Shown piece after piece: positions 1 to 9,997 of a stretch of 16,844 bases of DNA (position 1 is the stretch's first letter; each line of letters opens with the position of its first letter). The notes beneath the pieces were generated by a model. The model saw nothing but the letters and a program-made list of their open reading frames with translations, did no database searches and was not told where the DNA came from. The position numbers and the translations under genes were made by a program. Where the stretch lies: the NCBI RefSeq assembly GCF_006345805.1, contig NW_021824995.1, positions 1 through 16,844 on the forward strand, written 5' to 3'. This DNA is from Octopus sinensis. Lineage: Eukaryota.

Positions 1-2
1 CC

Positions 3-295
3 ATATTCTGGGATATACCAAGATGCTCAGATTGGGAGATCATGGTTAATCAACCAGATATTGGTTGTCAAGGGTCACCAAGAAAAAGGTTTGCCTTATA
101 ATCGACATATCCATCCCTGTAGATGACACTGTATCTCTGAAAGAGCTGCGGAAAAAACTACTGAACTATAAGGACCTGGAAAAGAAACATCACGAATGTG
201 GGGCCTGAAAACAGAAACAATTGCATTTTATAATTGGTACTTTAGGTATGGTCAAAAACCATGCAGACAAACACATAGCTAAAATACCAGGACTT
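3..295 (+). mobile_element. Degenerate non-LTR retrotransposon fragment, C-terminal restriction-like endonuclease (RLE) region, R4/Dong-like
   Basis: Manual translation across 3 frameshifts gives IFWDIP..IMVNQPDI / KKVCLIIDISIPVDDTVSLKE..KLLNYKDLE / SRMWGLKTETI / FIIGTLGMVKNHADKHIAKIPGL. This matches the recalled RLE pattern ILWD..NRPDI..LIDISIP..KYKDL..W..V(I)GALG. Clade assignment is from memory. Confidence 0.75.
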
Positions 296-320
296 ATGGT
301 ATATTATATATATATATACA

Positions 321-386
321 TGTGGAGGTGCAATGGCCCAGTGGTTAGGGCAGCTAACTCGCGGTTGTAGGATCACGGTTTCGATT
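321..386 (+). mobile_element. tRNA-derived SINE head only (family C), truncated at its 3' side
   Basis: A-box TGGCCCAGTGG and B-box-like GGTTTCGATT. Near-identical to the reverse complement of 9950-9997. Preceded by (TA)n at 301-320. Confidence 0.8.
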
Positions 387-1355
387 GACCTAAATTGATC
401 AGAGATCCACTGAATCTTTGTTGATCTGAAATAAGGACAAAACAATTTCTTTCATGGTAGATTTGCCATTTGCATAAAGAATTCAAAAATATGTTGCAGC
501 TTCCTTCATAATAGAAAGACACTATGATTCACTTTTGGAAAAGATGTTGAAAACAAATTAGAACAACACTGTTGGGTATTCCCCTGGAGTTAATGTAGCA
601 AGTGGAGTCTGATATGGCTGTCTCAGTTATAAAACGAATCCCTATAGTGTAGAGACATGCAAGCTTTATCTTTCTCAAGTTTGATATATTCGAAAGCAGT
701 AACAGCTTCTTGAGGAATGGTAAAAGCTGAACATTTCATAAAGGGCTATATTTTATCAGTAAAATATATAAATATGTCCCCTATTTGCTGTATTAAACTA
801 ACAAGCCTACATTATTTTCTTTTGTCTTTTTTTTTTTCTGCAAGTTCCATTTTAAAAGTAGGAACTTTAAGGCATCTAAGAGAAAACAACCTACCGGGAT
901 CAGGTGCTATTTTGTCATCTTGAATGTAAAAACAAAAAAAAAAGAAAGAAAAGAAAAAAATCAAGGAAATTCATGTTTGTATAACAAAGTGTGTGTTTTT
1001 TTATTTTTTTTAGAAAGAGTTATATTTTGAAATCTTTGACACATGACAGAAGTGCCTGCAGATTTCTTGTCATGATTTTCCATGGAATTGCTGCATTCAA
1101 TAAGATCATCTACATATGAGTAGGCAGATCCAAGATTATTCTGTGAGATAATTTGGTTCATTATTCAGTGAAAACATGCTACAGTATTCGAAAGGCCAAA
1201 TGTAAGCCTTGCATACTTATAGAATTGTTCCAAGGTTTCTGAAGCAGGTCTTTTACTGTCAGTTGTAGTTGATAGTAAGCATGTTTCATATTGACTTTGT
1301 TAAAATACAAATTCTGTGATATAATATTCTTTCTAATTTTGGCAAAAGGCCAGCA
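383..1355 (-). mobile_element. Decayed Ty3/Gypsy LTR-retrotransposon pol: reverse transcriptase plus RNase H
   Basis: Minus-strand motifs in correct order, with stops and frameshifts: LLPKLERI, YFNKVNMKHAYYQL, YKYARLTFGLSNTVACFH*IMNQII, YSYVDDLI (YVDD at 1105-1116), IAPDPGRL, AVTAFEYIK, FITET, KEAA, SLCKWQIY..FVLISDQQ. Confidence 0.85.
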
Positions 1356-1388
1356 TTTTAAAGGGGAGGGGAGACACAATTAGATCAA

Positions 1389-1900
1389 AATATTAAACTT
1401 GAGAAAGATAATGCTTGCATGCCTCCAGACTATAGGGATTCATTTTATAATTGAGACAGACATATCAGACACTACTCTACTTGCTACAATTAACTCAGGG
1501 GGAATACCCAGCTGTGTTGTTTTAATTTGTTTTCAACATCTTTCCCCAAAGTGAATCATAGTGTCTTTCTATTATGAAGGAAGCTGCAACATTTGTTCAA
1601 TTCTTTATGCAAATGGCAACTCTACAATGAAAGAAATTGTTTTGTCCTTATTTCAGATCAACAAAGATTCAGTGGATCTCTGATCAATTTAGGTCAATCA
1701 AAAGCTTTGCACAGAGAAGACTATTGTTGCTTTGTGCCTGTCCACAAAACAGACTGTTTTGGTTCCATTTTAATAGAGAATGCATTGATTCAAAGTAGAG
1801 CAACATTTAGCATGCCACACTAAGTCCTTCACAGATGTCCTGCCTCATTCCTCCTGTATACACAGACTCTTGCACCATGGCTGTCAAAACTAAAACCATG
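1389..1900 (+). mobile_element. Second decayed Ty3/Gypsy segment: RNase H plus downstream pol remnant, inverted relative to 383-1355
   Basis: FIIETDISDTTLLATINSGGIP (cf. ETDASD..LAATL), SIMKEAAT, NSLCKWQLY..FVLISDQQ, ENALIQSRATFS. 1389-1699 is the reverse complement of 383-690 at about 90% identity. The right boundary is approximate. Confidence 0.8.
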
Positions 1901-1906
1901 GTGGAG

Positions 1907-2050
1907 TCTACTTGTTCTATGTTGAAACCGACCAGATCCAATCTCTCACACCTATCCTACAATGTCATTATAAACATATACAAACACACCTTTGAAATCT
2001 TGAAGCTGCAAGATAATGCATGATTAATTCAAAACAATGTGAATAAATAA
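1907..2050 (-). mobile_element. Internal fragment of a MITE-like dispersed repeat (same family as 2739-3377, opposite orientation)
   Basis: Its reverse complement aligns closely to 3190-3335 (ttatttattcacattgttttgaattaatca...gatctggtc.gtttcaacata). Confidence 0.7.
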
Positions 2051-2057
2051 TGATATA

Positions 2058-2140
2058 TAGTCGCAGGTGTAGTTGTGTGGTAAGAAGCTTGATTCCCAAC
2101 AACATAGTTCTGGGTTCAGTCCTACTGTGTAGTGTCTTGG
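2058..2140 (+). mobile_element. SINE family A head fragment
   Basis: gcaggtgtagttgtgtggtaagaagctt...ctgggttcagtcctactg aligns with 15594-15680. Confidence 0.7.
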
Positions 2141-2344
2141 AGTCAAACAGCTGTTGTCACTTGCAAGATGGGTCCTGCTAATTGATCAATCCATCATGGA
2201 GGTTGCCACATTACTTCTCAGTTAGGTCTGAGAGTGGAGGTAATTTACCTCAGTCTGTTGGCTGTGGTAGATACAGCTTCCCAGTTGATATGATAGAAAG
2301 CACTAATGCCAGACACCTTCCAGTTTTACCAAACCTTCGTCACT

Positions 2345-2475
2345 TTTTCTGATACTGCTTGACTGGTTCTTATTTTATCAACCCTGAAAGGATGAAAGGC
2401 AAAGTTAACCTCAGAAGCATTTAAACCCAGAATGTAAAGATTGAAGAGATGCCATTAAAAATTTTGTCCAGTATA
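2345..2475 (-). mobile_element. SINE family B, degenerate copy
   Basis: Reverse complement aligns with 9060-9195 (ttgcctttcatcctttc.gggt.gataaa). Confidence 0.7.
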
Positions 2476-2549
2476 GATTCTTCCAACTTGCTTCCCTTTT
2501 TCTGATATAGTTTTTCCTTTACAAGGCCTGAAATTATGGGGGAGGGAGA

Positions 2550-2703
2550 TAATTGATTACATCAACCCCAGTATTTAACTGGTACTTATTTCCTTGATCC
2601 TGAAAGGGTGAAGGCAAAGATGACCTTGGCAGAATTTGAATTCAGAATTTAATGATGAAAGAAATGCCATTGGTATGCTAGTAATTCTGCCAGCTTACCG
2701 CCT
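2550..2703 (-). mobile_element. SINE family B, degenerate copy
   Basis: Reverse complement begins ggcggtaagctggcagaa and aligns with 9055-9215 and 13265-13430. Confidence 0.75.
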
Positions 2704-2738
2704 TAATCTATGATATAATATTAAGAGAAACCTGGACG

Positions 2739-3377
2739 TTAATACTTTAACATTCAGAATTCTTTGTCAAATATTCTTATTCTTTTATTCTTTACCTTGT
2801 TTCAGTCATTTGACTGTGGCCATACTGGAGCACCACCTTGAGGGTTTTAGCTGAACAAATCACCCCCCCCCCCAGGACTTATTTCTTAAGCCTAGTGCTT
2901 ATGCTATTAGAGCCTTGCTGAACCACTAAGTTACAATGATATGAACACACCAGCACCTGTTGTCAAGCGGGGATGGTGGGGACAAACAGACACAAACACA
3001 TAGATATATAGATATTTATATGTATGGCAGGCTTCTTTCTAGTTCCGTCTACCAAATCCACACACAAGGCATTGGTTGGCCTGGAGCTATAGTAGAAGAC
3101 ACATGACCAAGGCACTACACAGTAGGACTGAACCCAGAGCCATGTTGTTGGGAATCAAGCTTCTTACCACACAATCTCACTATATATAACTTATTTATTC
3201 ACATTGTTTTGAATTAATCATGTATTATCTTGCAGCTTCAAGATTTCAATTGTGTGTTTGTATATTTTTAGAATGACATTGTAGGATAGGTGTGAGAGAT
3301 TGGATCTGGTCAGTTTCAACATAAAACAGGTAGAATATTTGGGCTGGATATGGCCAGATTAAATGCTACATAGTTAA
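2739..3377 (+). mobile_element. MITE-like element with degenerate TTAA-ended terminal inverted repeats, split by a SINE insertion
   Basis: Left end ttaatactttaacattc; right end reverse complement ttaactatgtagcattt. The body recurs at 1907-2050. A family A SINE occupies 2781-3180. Continuity across the SINE relies partly on a recalled consensus. Confidence 0.5.
2781..3180 (-). mobile_element. SINE family A, near full length (head, CORE-like segment, internal microsatellite, 3' module)
   Basis: Collinear along its length with the reverse complement of 15594-16030. Confidence 0.85.
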
Positions 3378-3974
3378 TAATGCTTGAGAAATAAATAACA
3401 TGCCATCATTTATAACTTTTATTTTATTTTATTTTTTGTAGTCTACTCTGAGTTTTCCATAATGAGTTGTTCAGATTTATGAGGATGTCATCTTCGATTA
3501 GAAATTTTACATCTTGTAGGACAAATTTGCAATGCGATCATTCACAGAATATCTTTCAACAGATTTATCAATAAGATTCATATCATCATATTCACCCTCT
3601 CATGCATGCCAATTCTATCTCCGAAAGACACTAACAAATGGCACCATATTCCTGTTCCAATCTATTCGAAACCATGTCATCAGATACCAAATTCTATACC
3701 AACGGATAACCAACGAATGGCATTAGAGGTTTTAAAAACTTGTGATTCAAACTGTGTCATTAAATACCAATTCTCTACCAACGCATTAACAGGCAGCAGT
3801 AGATACTGAACAACTCTGACAGCATCAACAAACAGCCAGCAAACAGCTACTCTTTCACTTTCTCTATCACATTCAGCTTTTGTCAGTTCACTTGATGCAA
3901 GCCTATAGGAGGAAGAGATGTAACAATGATTTTGACCTATATAACAGCATCCCAGCTGAGAAAGCAGAACATGC

Positions 3975-4138
3975 ACATACACACACACACACACACACGA
4001 ATGGATACACACTGATAAATATGAAAATATACACATATATACCCCTTTGCACATACACATAAAAATGTGCATGCATACTCACCCTATCTCTCTCTCTCTC
4101 CTCTCTCTCTCTCTCACTCTCGCTCTCACGCACGTATG

Positions 4139-4174
<36 letters not shown>

Positions 4175-4680
4175 GACACACAGGCAAATATTAAATTGGA
4201 TGCACTTACATATAGATCTAGAATAACCACTACACATAAGTATTACTTACACCAACACACACACACACACGCAAAGACACGTGCTTGAACTTACACGCAC
4301 ACATATACAGATGTACTTACACACATGCATGTATGTTGTCATGGTAATATACACATTAATACACATGCATACATATGCATAGCTACTCTAACACCTAGAT
4401 AAACTCTATTGGCACACACATACACACACATGCATGTGCATATGCATACACACATAAGCACACACATGTGTACACACACACACACAAGCACAGAGAAACA
4501 CATGTATGCACATTGTCATGCTAACATACACACATTAATACATACTCATGCACAGATGTGTTCAACTACCATGACTCCTGTATAAACACATCTGCCTTAA
4601 CATACACACACACACACATGCAAATACACACACTGTTAAACACCACATGCATATACACACACAGAGTTATACACACACAC
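3975..4680. repeat. (CA)n/(CT)n-rich low-complexity tract
   Basis: Direct reading; source of the HT/CV-repeat ORFs. Confidence 0.9.
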
Positions 4681-4682
4681 AT

Positions 4683-4775
4683 ATACACTCACAGATTAAT
4701 GCACACACACACACACACATACACTCACAGACTAATGCACACACACACACACACACATACACTCACAGACTAATG

Positions 4776-4806
<31 letters not shown>

Positions 4807-4838
4807 TCACAGACTAATGCACACACACACACACACAC
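4683..4838. repeat. Compound minisatellite: 4 x [ATACACTCACAGACTAATG + variable (CA)n]
   Basis: Four copies of a 19-bp anchor (first has one substitution) separated by CA runs of different length. Confidence 0.9.
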
Positions 4839-4993
4839 GCATTCGCATGCATATACATACTTCTATTATAAATACACACATGAATACATACACATGCACA
4901 AGCTCAGATATGCGTGTCTACCACGACGCCTCTACAAGAACCAACACTGCATCACCATGCACTAAACACACGCACACACACAGAGTTAAACAC

Positions 4994-5024
<31 letters not shown>

Positions 5025-5030
5025 ACATAC

Positions 5031-5358
5031 ACACACTCACCTCACACACATACACACACTCACCTCACACACATACACACACTCACCTCACACACATACA
5101 CACACTCACCTCACACACATACACACACTCACCTCACACACATACACACACTCACCTCACACACATACACACACTCACCTCACACACATACACACACTCA
5201 CCTCACACACATACACACACTCACCTCACACACATACACACACTCACCTCACACACATACACACACTCACCTCACACACATACACACACTCACCTCACAC
5301 ACATACACACACTCACCTCACACACATACACACACTCACCTCACACACATATACACTC
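5031..5358. repeat. 23-bp minisatellite (ACACACTCACCTCACACACATAC) x about 14
   Basis: CTCACCTC recurs with an exact 23-bp period from 5036 to 5335. Confidence 0.95.
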
Positions 5359-5639
5359 ACGCATACGCTCTTATGAACAGTTGCACTTGCACATGCAGAT
5401 GTGTTTAAGCACTGCAACTTAGATTGATACGAGATTATAACAGATAGGCAGATTAGTGTTACCAAATGATAGCGATGGCGAGGGTAAGGGTGATGGTGAG
5501 GGTGATGGCTTAGGAAGCAGTGGGTAGGAAAGTGTGTATGTAACTGTGTGCATATATGCATACGTCTGTGTGCAAGTGCGTACGCTGTATACTTACTTGA
5601 AAGTGGTTAGGTGCAGTGTGTGTCTATATATATAGGTCT

Positions 5640-5780
5640 CCGTCTGTCGACTCTCTGACTGTCTCTCTCTGTCTCTGTGTTCTCTCTTCTCTCTCTCTCC
5701 TCTATATATTATATATATATATATATAATATATATATATGTATATACACATGTATATATATATATAATATATATAATATA

Positions 5781-5820
<40 letters not shown>

Positions 5821-5835
5821 TGTGTATGTGTGTGT
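5640..5835. repeat. (CT)n/(TA)n microsatellite
   Basis: Direct reading. Confidence 0.9.
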
Positions 5836-5839
5836 GACC

Positions 5840-6530
5840 AATGGTAGTAGTGTCAATCATATAGTGATGGCGGGTGTATAATTGGTAGTACCAGCAGCAG
5901 CTGTAGTGGTGGGTTGGTGGTGGTGGTGGTGGTGGTGGTGATGGTAGTGGTAGCAGTAGCAGCAGCAGCAGCAGTAGCAGTAGTAGTAGTAGTAGAGGTA
6001 GAGGTGGTGGTGGTGGTGGTGGTGATGGTATTGTATGAAGGGATGGTGGCAGTGATGTGGTGAAGTTGCTGGTAGCGATGGTAATAATAATAGGAGTGGT
6101 ACTGGTGGTGGCAACCCTGGAAGATGATACTGGTGATGGTGGCTGTAATACCAAATGATGGTGGTAATAGTAGTGGTGCTGAAAATAGTGGTAGCAGATC
6201 ATTGTAGTGGTGCTAGATGAATAATGGTGATGGTGTTGCTGGTGGTGGTAGCAGTGGTGGTGTTGCTGGTGATGGTGGTGGTGGTAGTGGAGATGGTGTT
6301 GTTGTTGGTGGTGGTGGTGATGTTGGTTGTGGTTAAGGTAATGGTAATGATGATGGTGGTGGTGGTTATTGTGGTGGAAGTGGTGGTGATGGTGGGTGGT
6401 GAAAGTGGTGATAATGATGATGATGGTGATGGTGACGATGGTGGTGATGTTGGGTGATGACGGTGGTGGTGGTGGTGGTAGTGGCAGTGGTAGTGACAGT
6501 GGTAGTAGTAATAATGGCAGTGGTGGTGTG
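5840..6530. repeat. Degenerate trinucleotide tract (GGT/GAT/AGT/GCA)n
   Basis: Direct reading; generates the poly-H/P/T/V ORFs on both strands. Confidence 0.9.
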
Positions 6531-6814
6531 GGCTCAGCTGGGATCCCAATCCAGGGACTGGAGAACCTCATGAAAAAAAAACAAAAACTTGTGCATATCT
6601 GACAACAGTCCTGTCCGCGAATTGAACTTATGACTCAAACTGTTTACCCTAGTGTAATCCTCAAAATGAATTACATGTCTCAAGAAAACCCTGCACAAAA
6701 AAAAATTATATAGCATATCTTTCTCATAGTTTTTTCATTGTAGTTCGCATAGTAAATAACACACACACACACACACATACATATATTGAAATTAGTATTA
6801 GCTTTATCTCGCTC

Positions 6815-6853
6815 TTTCTCACGGAACCTCGGTTGAGAAAAACTGCTCTAACC
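6815..6853 (+). mobile_element. Possible hAT (Charlie-type) DNA transposon terminus
   Basis: GGTTGAGAAAAACTG (6831-6845) is the reverse complement of a CAGT(G/T)TTTCTCAACC-type TIR, followed by CTCTA, resembling the NTCTAGAN target preference. No partner TIR was found. Confidence 0.35.
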
Positions 6854-6872
6854 ACTGATACATGTGCCTTCA

Positions 6873-6876
<4 letters not shown>

Positions 6877-6911
<35 letters not shown>

Positions 6912-6913
6912 TG

Positions 6914-6976
<63 letters not shown>

Positions 6977-7092
6977 CATCTATAGATGTGTGTGTGAGTG
7001 TGTGTATATATATATATATATAATATGTATATATATATATATATGTATGTATATATAAAATATGTATATATAATATTTATATATATATATAT
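6877..7092. repeat. (TG)n then (TA)n microsatellite
   Basis: Direct reading. Confidence 0.95.
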
Positions 7093-7099
7093 GTACTCA

Positions 7100-7280
7100 A
7101 GGCATAGTCTGATACAGTTTGGCACCTGTGACGTCAAAACTCATTTCTACAGCTGAGTGAACTTGAGCAATGTGAAATAAAGTGTCTTGCTCAAGAGCAC
7201 AACACACAGCCCAGTCAGGAAATTGAACTCACTACCTCATGACCGTGAGCTCAGCTTGATGCTCTGACCACTGAACTATT
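7100..7280 (-). mobile_element. tRNA-derived SINE (family D) with CORE/V-like central segment
   Basis: Reverse complement shows A-box-like tagttcagtggtcagagc, B-box-like gagttcaatttcc, then gtgctcttgagcaagacactttatttcac. Confidence 0.65.
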
Positions 7281-7825
7281 CTTCTCAACTCAGATTGCTT
7301 CCCACCTCAACCTGCAGCAATTCTAGCTTCACTCTGTCTGGTGGCAGTAAAAACTGGTAGCAGTGTAAGTTACAATACCACAACCACCTACAGGGAGACT
7401 AAAAGCAAAAAAAAAAAGGAACGAGTTATGGTGGGGGCAACAGAAAATTAGAAAAAAAAGTATTGACCATGAGGATAGGGGAATTTTTTGGGTTTCATTT
7501 CATTTAATTTGAAGAGCAATGGCACATTAATGCAATGATAGTAAGTGTTAAATTTTGAGATGGATTGAGACGAAGGTGAATGATGAATTCAGAGAGTGAA
7601 TACATAGGTGGTGGAGATGACAGTGGTGGTGGTGGTAGAGGTGGTAGGAGAAGCAGAGGCAAGGATGCTGAACCAGAGGAGGAAAAACATAGAGTAAGAG
7701 AATGAAAGACTAAAGTTCAGTTTTAAAGATTTGGAGACGAACTGGAGTGAGAAAGTATCGATATAACTTATCCGAATTTTTTTTCATATATATTTCTGTT
7801 CGCTTTTTCATTTTCCTTTCTCTAC

Positions 7826-7885
7826 TGTTATTATTATTATTATTATTATTGTTATTATTATTATCATCATCATCATCATTATTAT
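7826..7885. repeat. (TTA)n(TCA)n microsatellite
   Basis: Direct reading. Confidence 0.9.
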
Positions 7886-8177
7886 TTTGTGTCAAACACT
7901 CTGACATTTTAACGAGACTGCTACATACCTCCCACCACCACTGTTATAATCACTCATGTTACCTTTTAACTCTGCCGCCACCCTAACACCTGCACTTACT
8001 CTCTTTCTCTCTCTCTCTCTCTCACTCTGGTTTATGAAATCCACCATACCAACAGCACCCTGATCTCCGAGAAAGAGAGAGAGAAACAGAATGCAGATTC
8101 AAAAATCATTCAAGCTAAGTATTCATGTAAAACTGCATGTGAAACAATGTGTGTGTATATATATGTATGTGGGTATG

Positions 8178-8213
<36 letters not shown>

Positions 8214-8222
8214 GCCTATGCT

Positions 8223-8359
8223 CTATATATATACAGTATATACAATATATATATATACAATTTTCTCTGATTTTTCAGATTTTTGTATCTATATATATAT
8301 ATACAATATATACAATATATATATATAACAATTTTCTCTGATTTTTCAGATTTTTGTAT
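8223..8359. repeat. Tandem duplication of a ~66-71 bp unit
   Basis: ACAATTTTCTCTGATTTTTCAGATTTTTGTAT occurs twice, each after an equivalent TA-rich leader. Confidence 0.9.
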
Positions 8360-8426
8360 GCTAGGCTACTGTTTTAAATTGATATTAAATTAAATTAATA
8401 TTCAATTTATCTCCCTCATTATTTAA

Positions 8427-8486
<60 letters not shown>

Positions 8487-8594
8487 GCATATATAAATAT
8501 GTGTGCATACATATTTTGGGACATTGAGCCACTCTGTTACTTTTGCTAAGTATTAATAAAAATATACATATACTCATATTTTTAGTCCCTTTTT

Positions 8595-8639
8595 CCTGTT
8601 TGCATCTGTCTGTCTGTCTCTCTATATGTATATATATAT

Positions 8640-8681
<42 letters not shown>

Positions 8682-8740
8682 ACTTGAAATATATATATGT
8701 ATGTATCTATGTATGGATGGATGGATGGATGTATTGATGG
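8595..8740. repeat. (TCTG)n/(TA)n/(GATA)n/(GGAT)n compound microsatellite
   Basis: Direct reading. Confidence 0.9.
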
Positions 8741-9054
8741 ATTTATGCATGCAAATGTATATCTAAACAGCTTATTAGTTTTAGCACTGGGACCACACTT
8801 ATGAACCTTGTAACTGGATGAAAGTGTACTTTCTTTACTAACACTAATATATCTGTTTAAACATATGCGTGTTTTCATGTGTGTATGTTTGTATGTGTGT
8901 GTCCATGTGTGTGTGTGCATGTGCATGTAGATATTGCAATCAAGAACGCTTGGTTTCAATACTGCTTCCATGCTATTATCTATAGACAATCTATAGACAC
9001 ACAAACATACACACACACACACACACACACATACACACACACATATATATACAT

Positions 9055-9282
9055 ATGCAAGCTCGCAGAAACGTTAGCACACCGGGCGAAATGCTTAGCG
9101 GTATTTCGTCTGTCGTTACGTTCTGAGTTCAAATTCCGCCAAGGTCGACTTTGCCTTTCATCCTTTCGGGGTCGATAAATTATGTACCAGTTTCGCACTG
9201 GGGTCGATATAATCGACTCAATCCCTTTGTCTGTCCTTGTTTGTCCCCTCTATGTTTAGCCCCTTGTGGGTAGTAAAGCAAT
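9055..9282 (+). mobile_element. SINE family B, near full length and CpG-rich
   Basis: gctcgcagaaacgttagc head, B-box GAGTTCAAATTCC, central gcctttcatcctttcggggtcgataaat. Other copies at 2345, 2550 and 13265. Confidence 0.85.
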
Positions 9283-9304
9283 ATATATACATATATATAC
9301 ATAT

Positions 9305-9436
9305 ATACGACAGGCTCTTTTCAGTTTCCGTCTACCAAATTCACTCACAAGGCTTTGGTCGGTCTGAGGTTACAGTAGAAGACACTTGCCTAAGGTGCCA
9401 CGAAGTGGGACTGAACCCAGAACCATGTGGTTGGTA
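9305..9436 (-). mobile_element. SINE family A 5' module, head partly missing
   Basis: Reverse complement aligns with 15630-15760. Confidence 0.85.
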
Positions 9437-9700
9437 TTTATTTCATGTTTGTATGTTCACTTTCTGTCATATTTTGTCTCTTGCTAGCTTGCTCACTATT
9501 TTCTAGTGTCTTCTCATCTCTGACACCACCAAAGGGGAGTAATATTATCATTAAAAGCATAAAATTGCTGCAATTCTTTGTACGATATCTGATGAGGATT
9601 TGGCGATATTGTGCGTGTGCTTTCTGTTTGTTTCTTTTGTTTATGCAAATATATATTATGTTTGTTTTTTATTATATATGTATGTATATATGCATGTATG

Positions 9701-9997
9701 TGATCACCGTGATCAACGTGCCGACCAGACTATCAGATGTTGCTACACATCACTGGTCACAATGCGCTTTGCATTGTTTTAGCCTTCAAATAATGAAACC
9801 CCGCTGGCTAAGCAAGCAGGCCAACAGAAGAAAGAGTGAAAAAAGGTGCGAAAGAGTACGGCAGGGTTCGCCACCACCCCCTGCCGGAGCCTCGTGGAGC
9901 TTTAGGTGTTGTCGCTCAATAAACACTCACAACGCCCAGTCTGGGAATCGAAACCGCGAGTCCGCTACCCTAACCACTGGGCCATTGCGCCTCCACA
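9701..9997 (-). mobile_element. SINE family C, near full length
   Basis: Reverse complement starts ggaggcgcaatggcccagtggttaggg (A-box) ... ggtttcgattccc (B-box). Same head as 321-386, with a 14-bp deletion between short cgcggt/cacggt repeats. Confidence 0.8.

Noticed and set aside
321-386. tRNA-like sequences here and at other SINE heads
   Set aside because: They have A/B boxes but no complete cloverleaf, and they continue into repeat bodies, so they are SINE heads and not tRNA genes.
4683-5358. Repeat-spacer appearance suggestive of CRISPR
   Set aside because: Spacers are simple CA runs or absent, the context is eukaryotic, and there are no cas genes.
4817-5422. 201-aa and 164-aa HT-repeat ORFs
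   Set aside because: Products of the CA-rich minisatellites, which lack stop codons by composition.
5702-6571. 289-aa His/Pro-rich ORF and overlapping poly-V/T ORFs
   Set aside because: They are translations of a trinucleotide/TA low-complexity tract, open on both strands, with no domain structure.
6534-6716. 60-aa minus-strand ORF with an acceptor-like TTTTGTGCAG
   Set aside because: No recognisable homology and only a weak donor; not distinguishable from chance.
7580-7705. Short Gly/Arg-rich ORF with AGA|GTAAGA donor-like site
   Set aside because: No polypyrimidine acceptor; the sequence grades into GGT low complexity.
8040-8095. Minus-strand GDQGAVG collagen-like triplets
   Set aside because: Only two Gly-X-Y units, and no acceptor AG in a compatible position.
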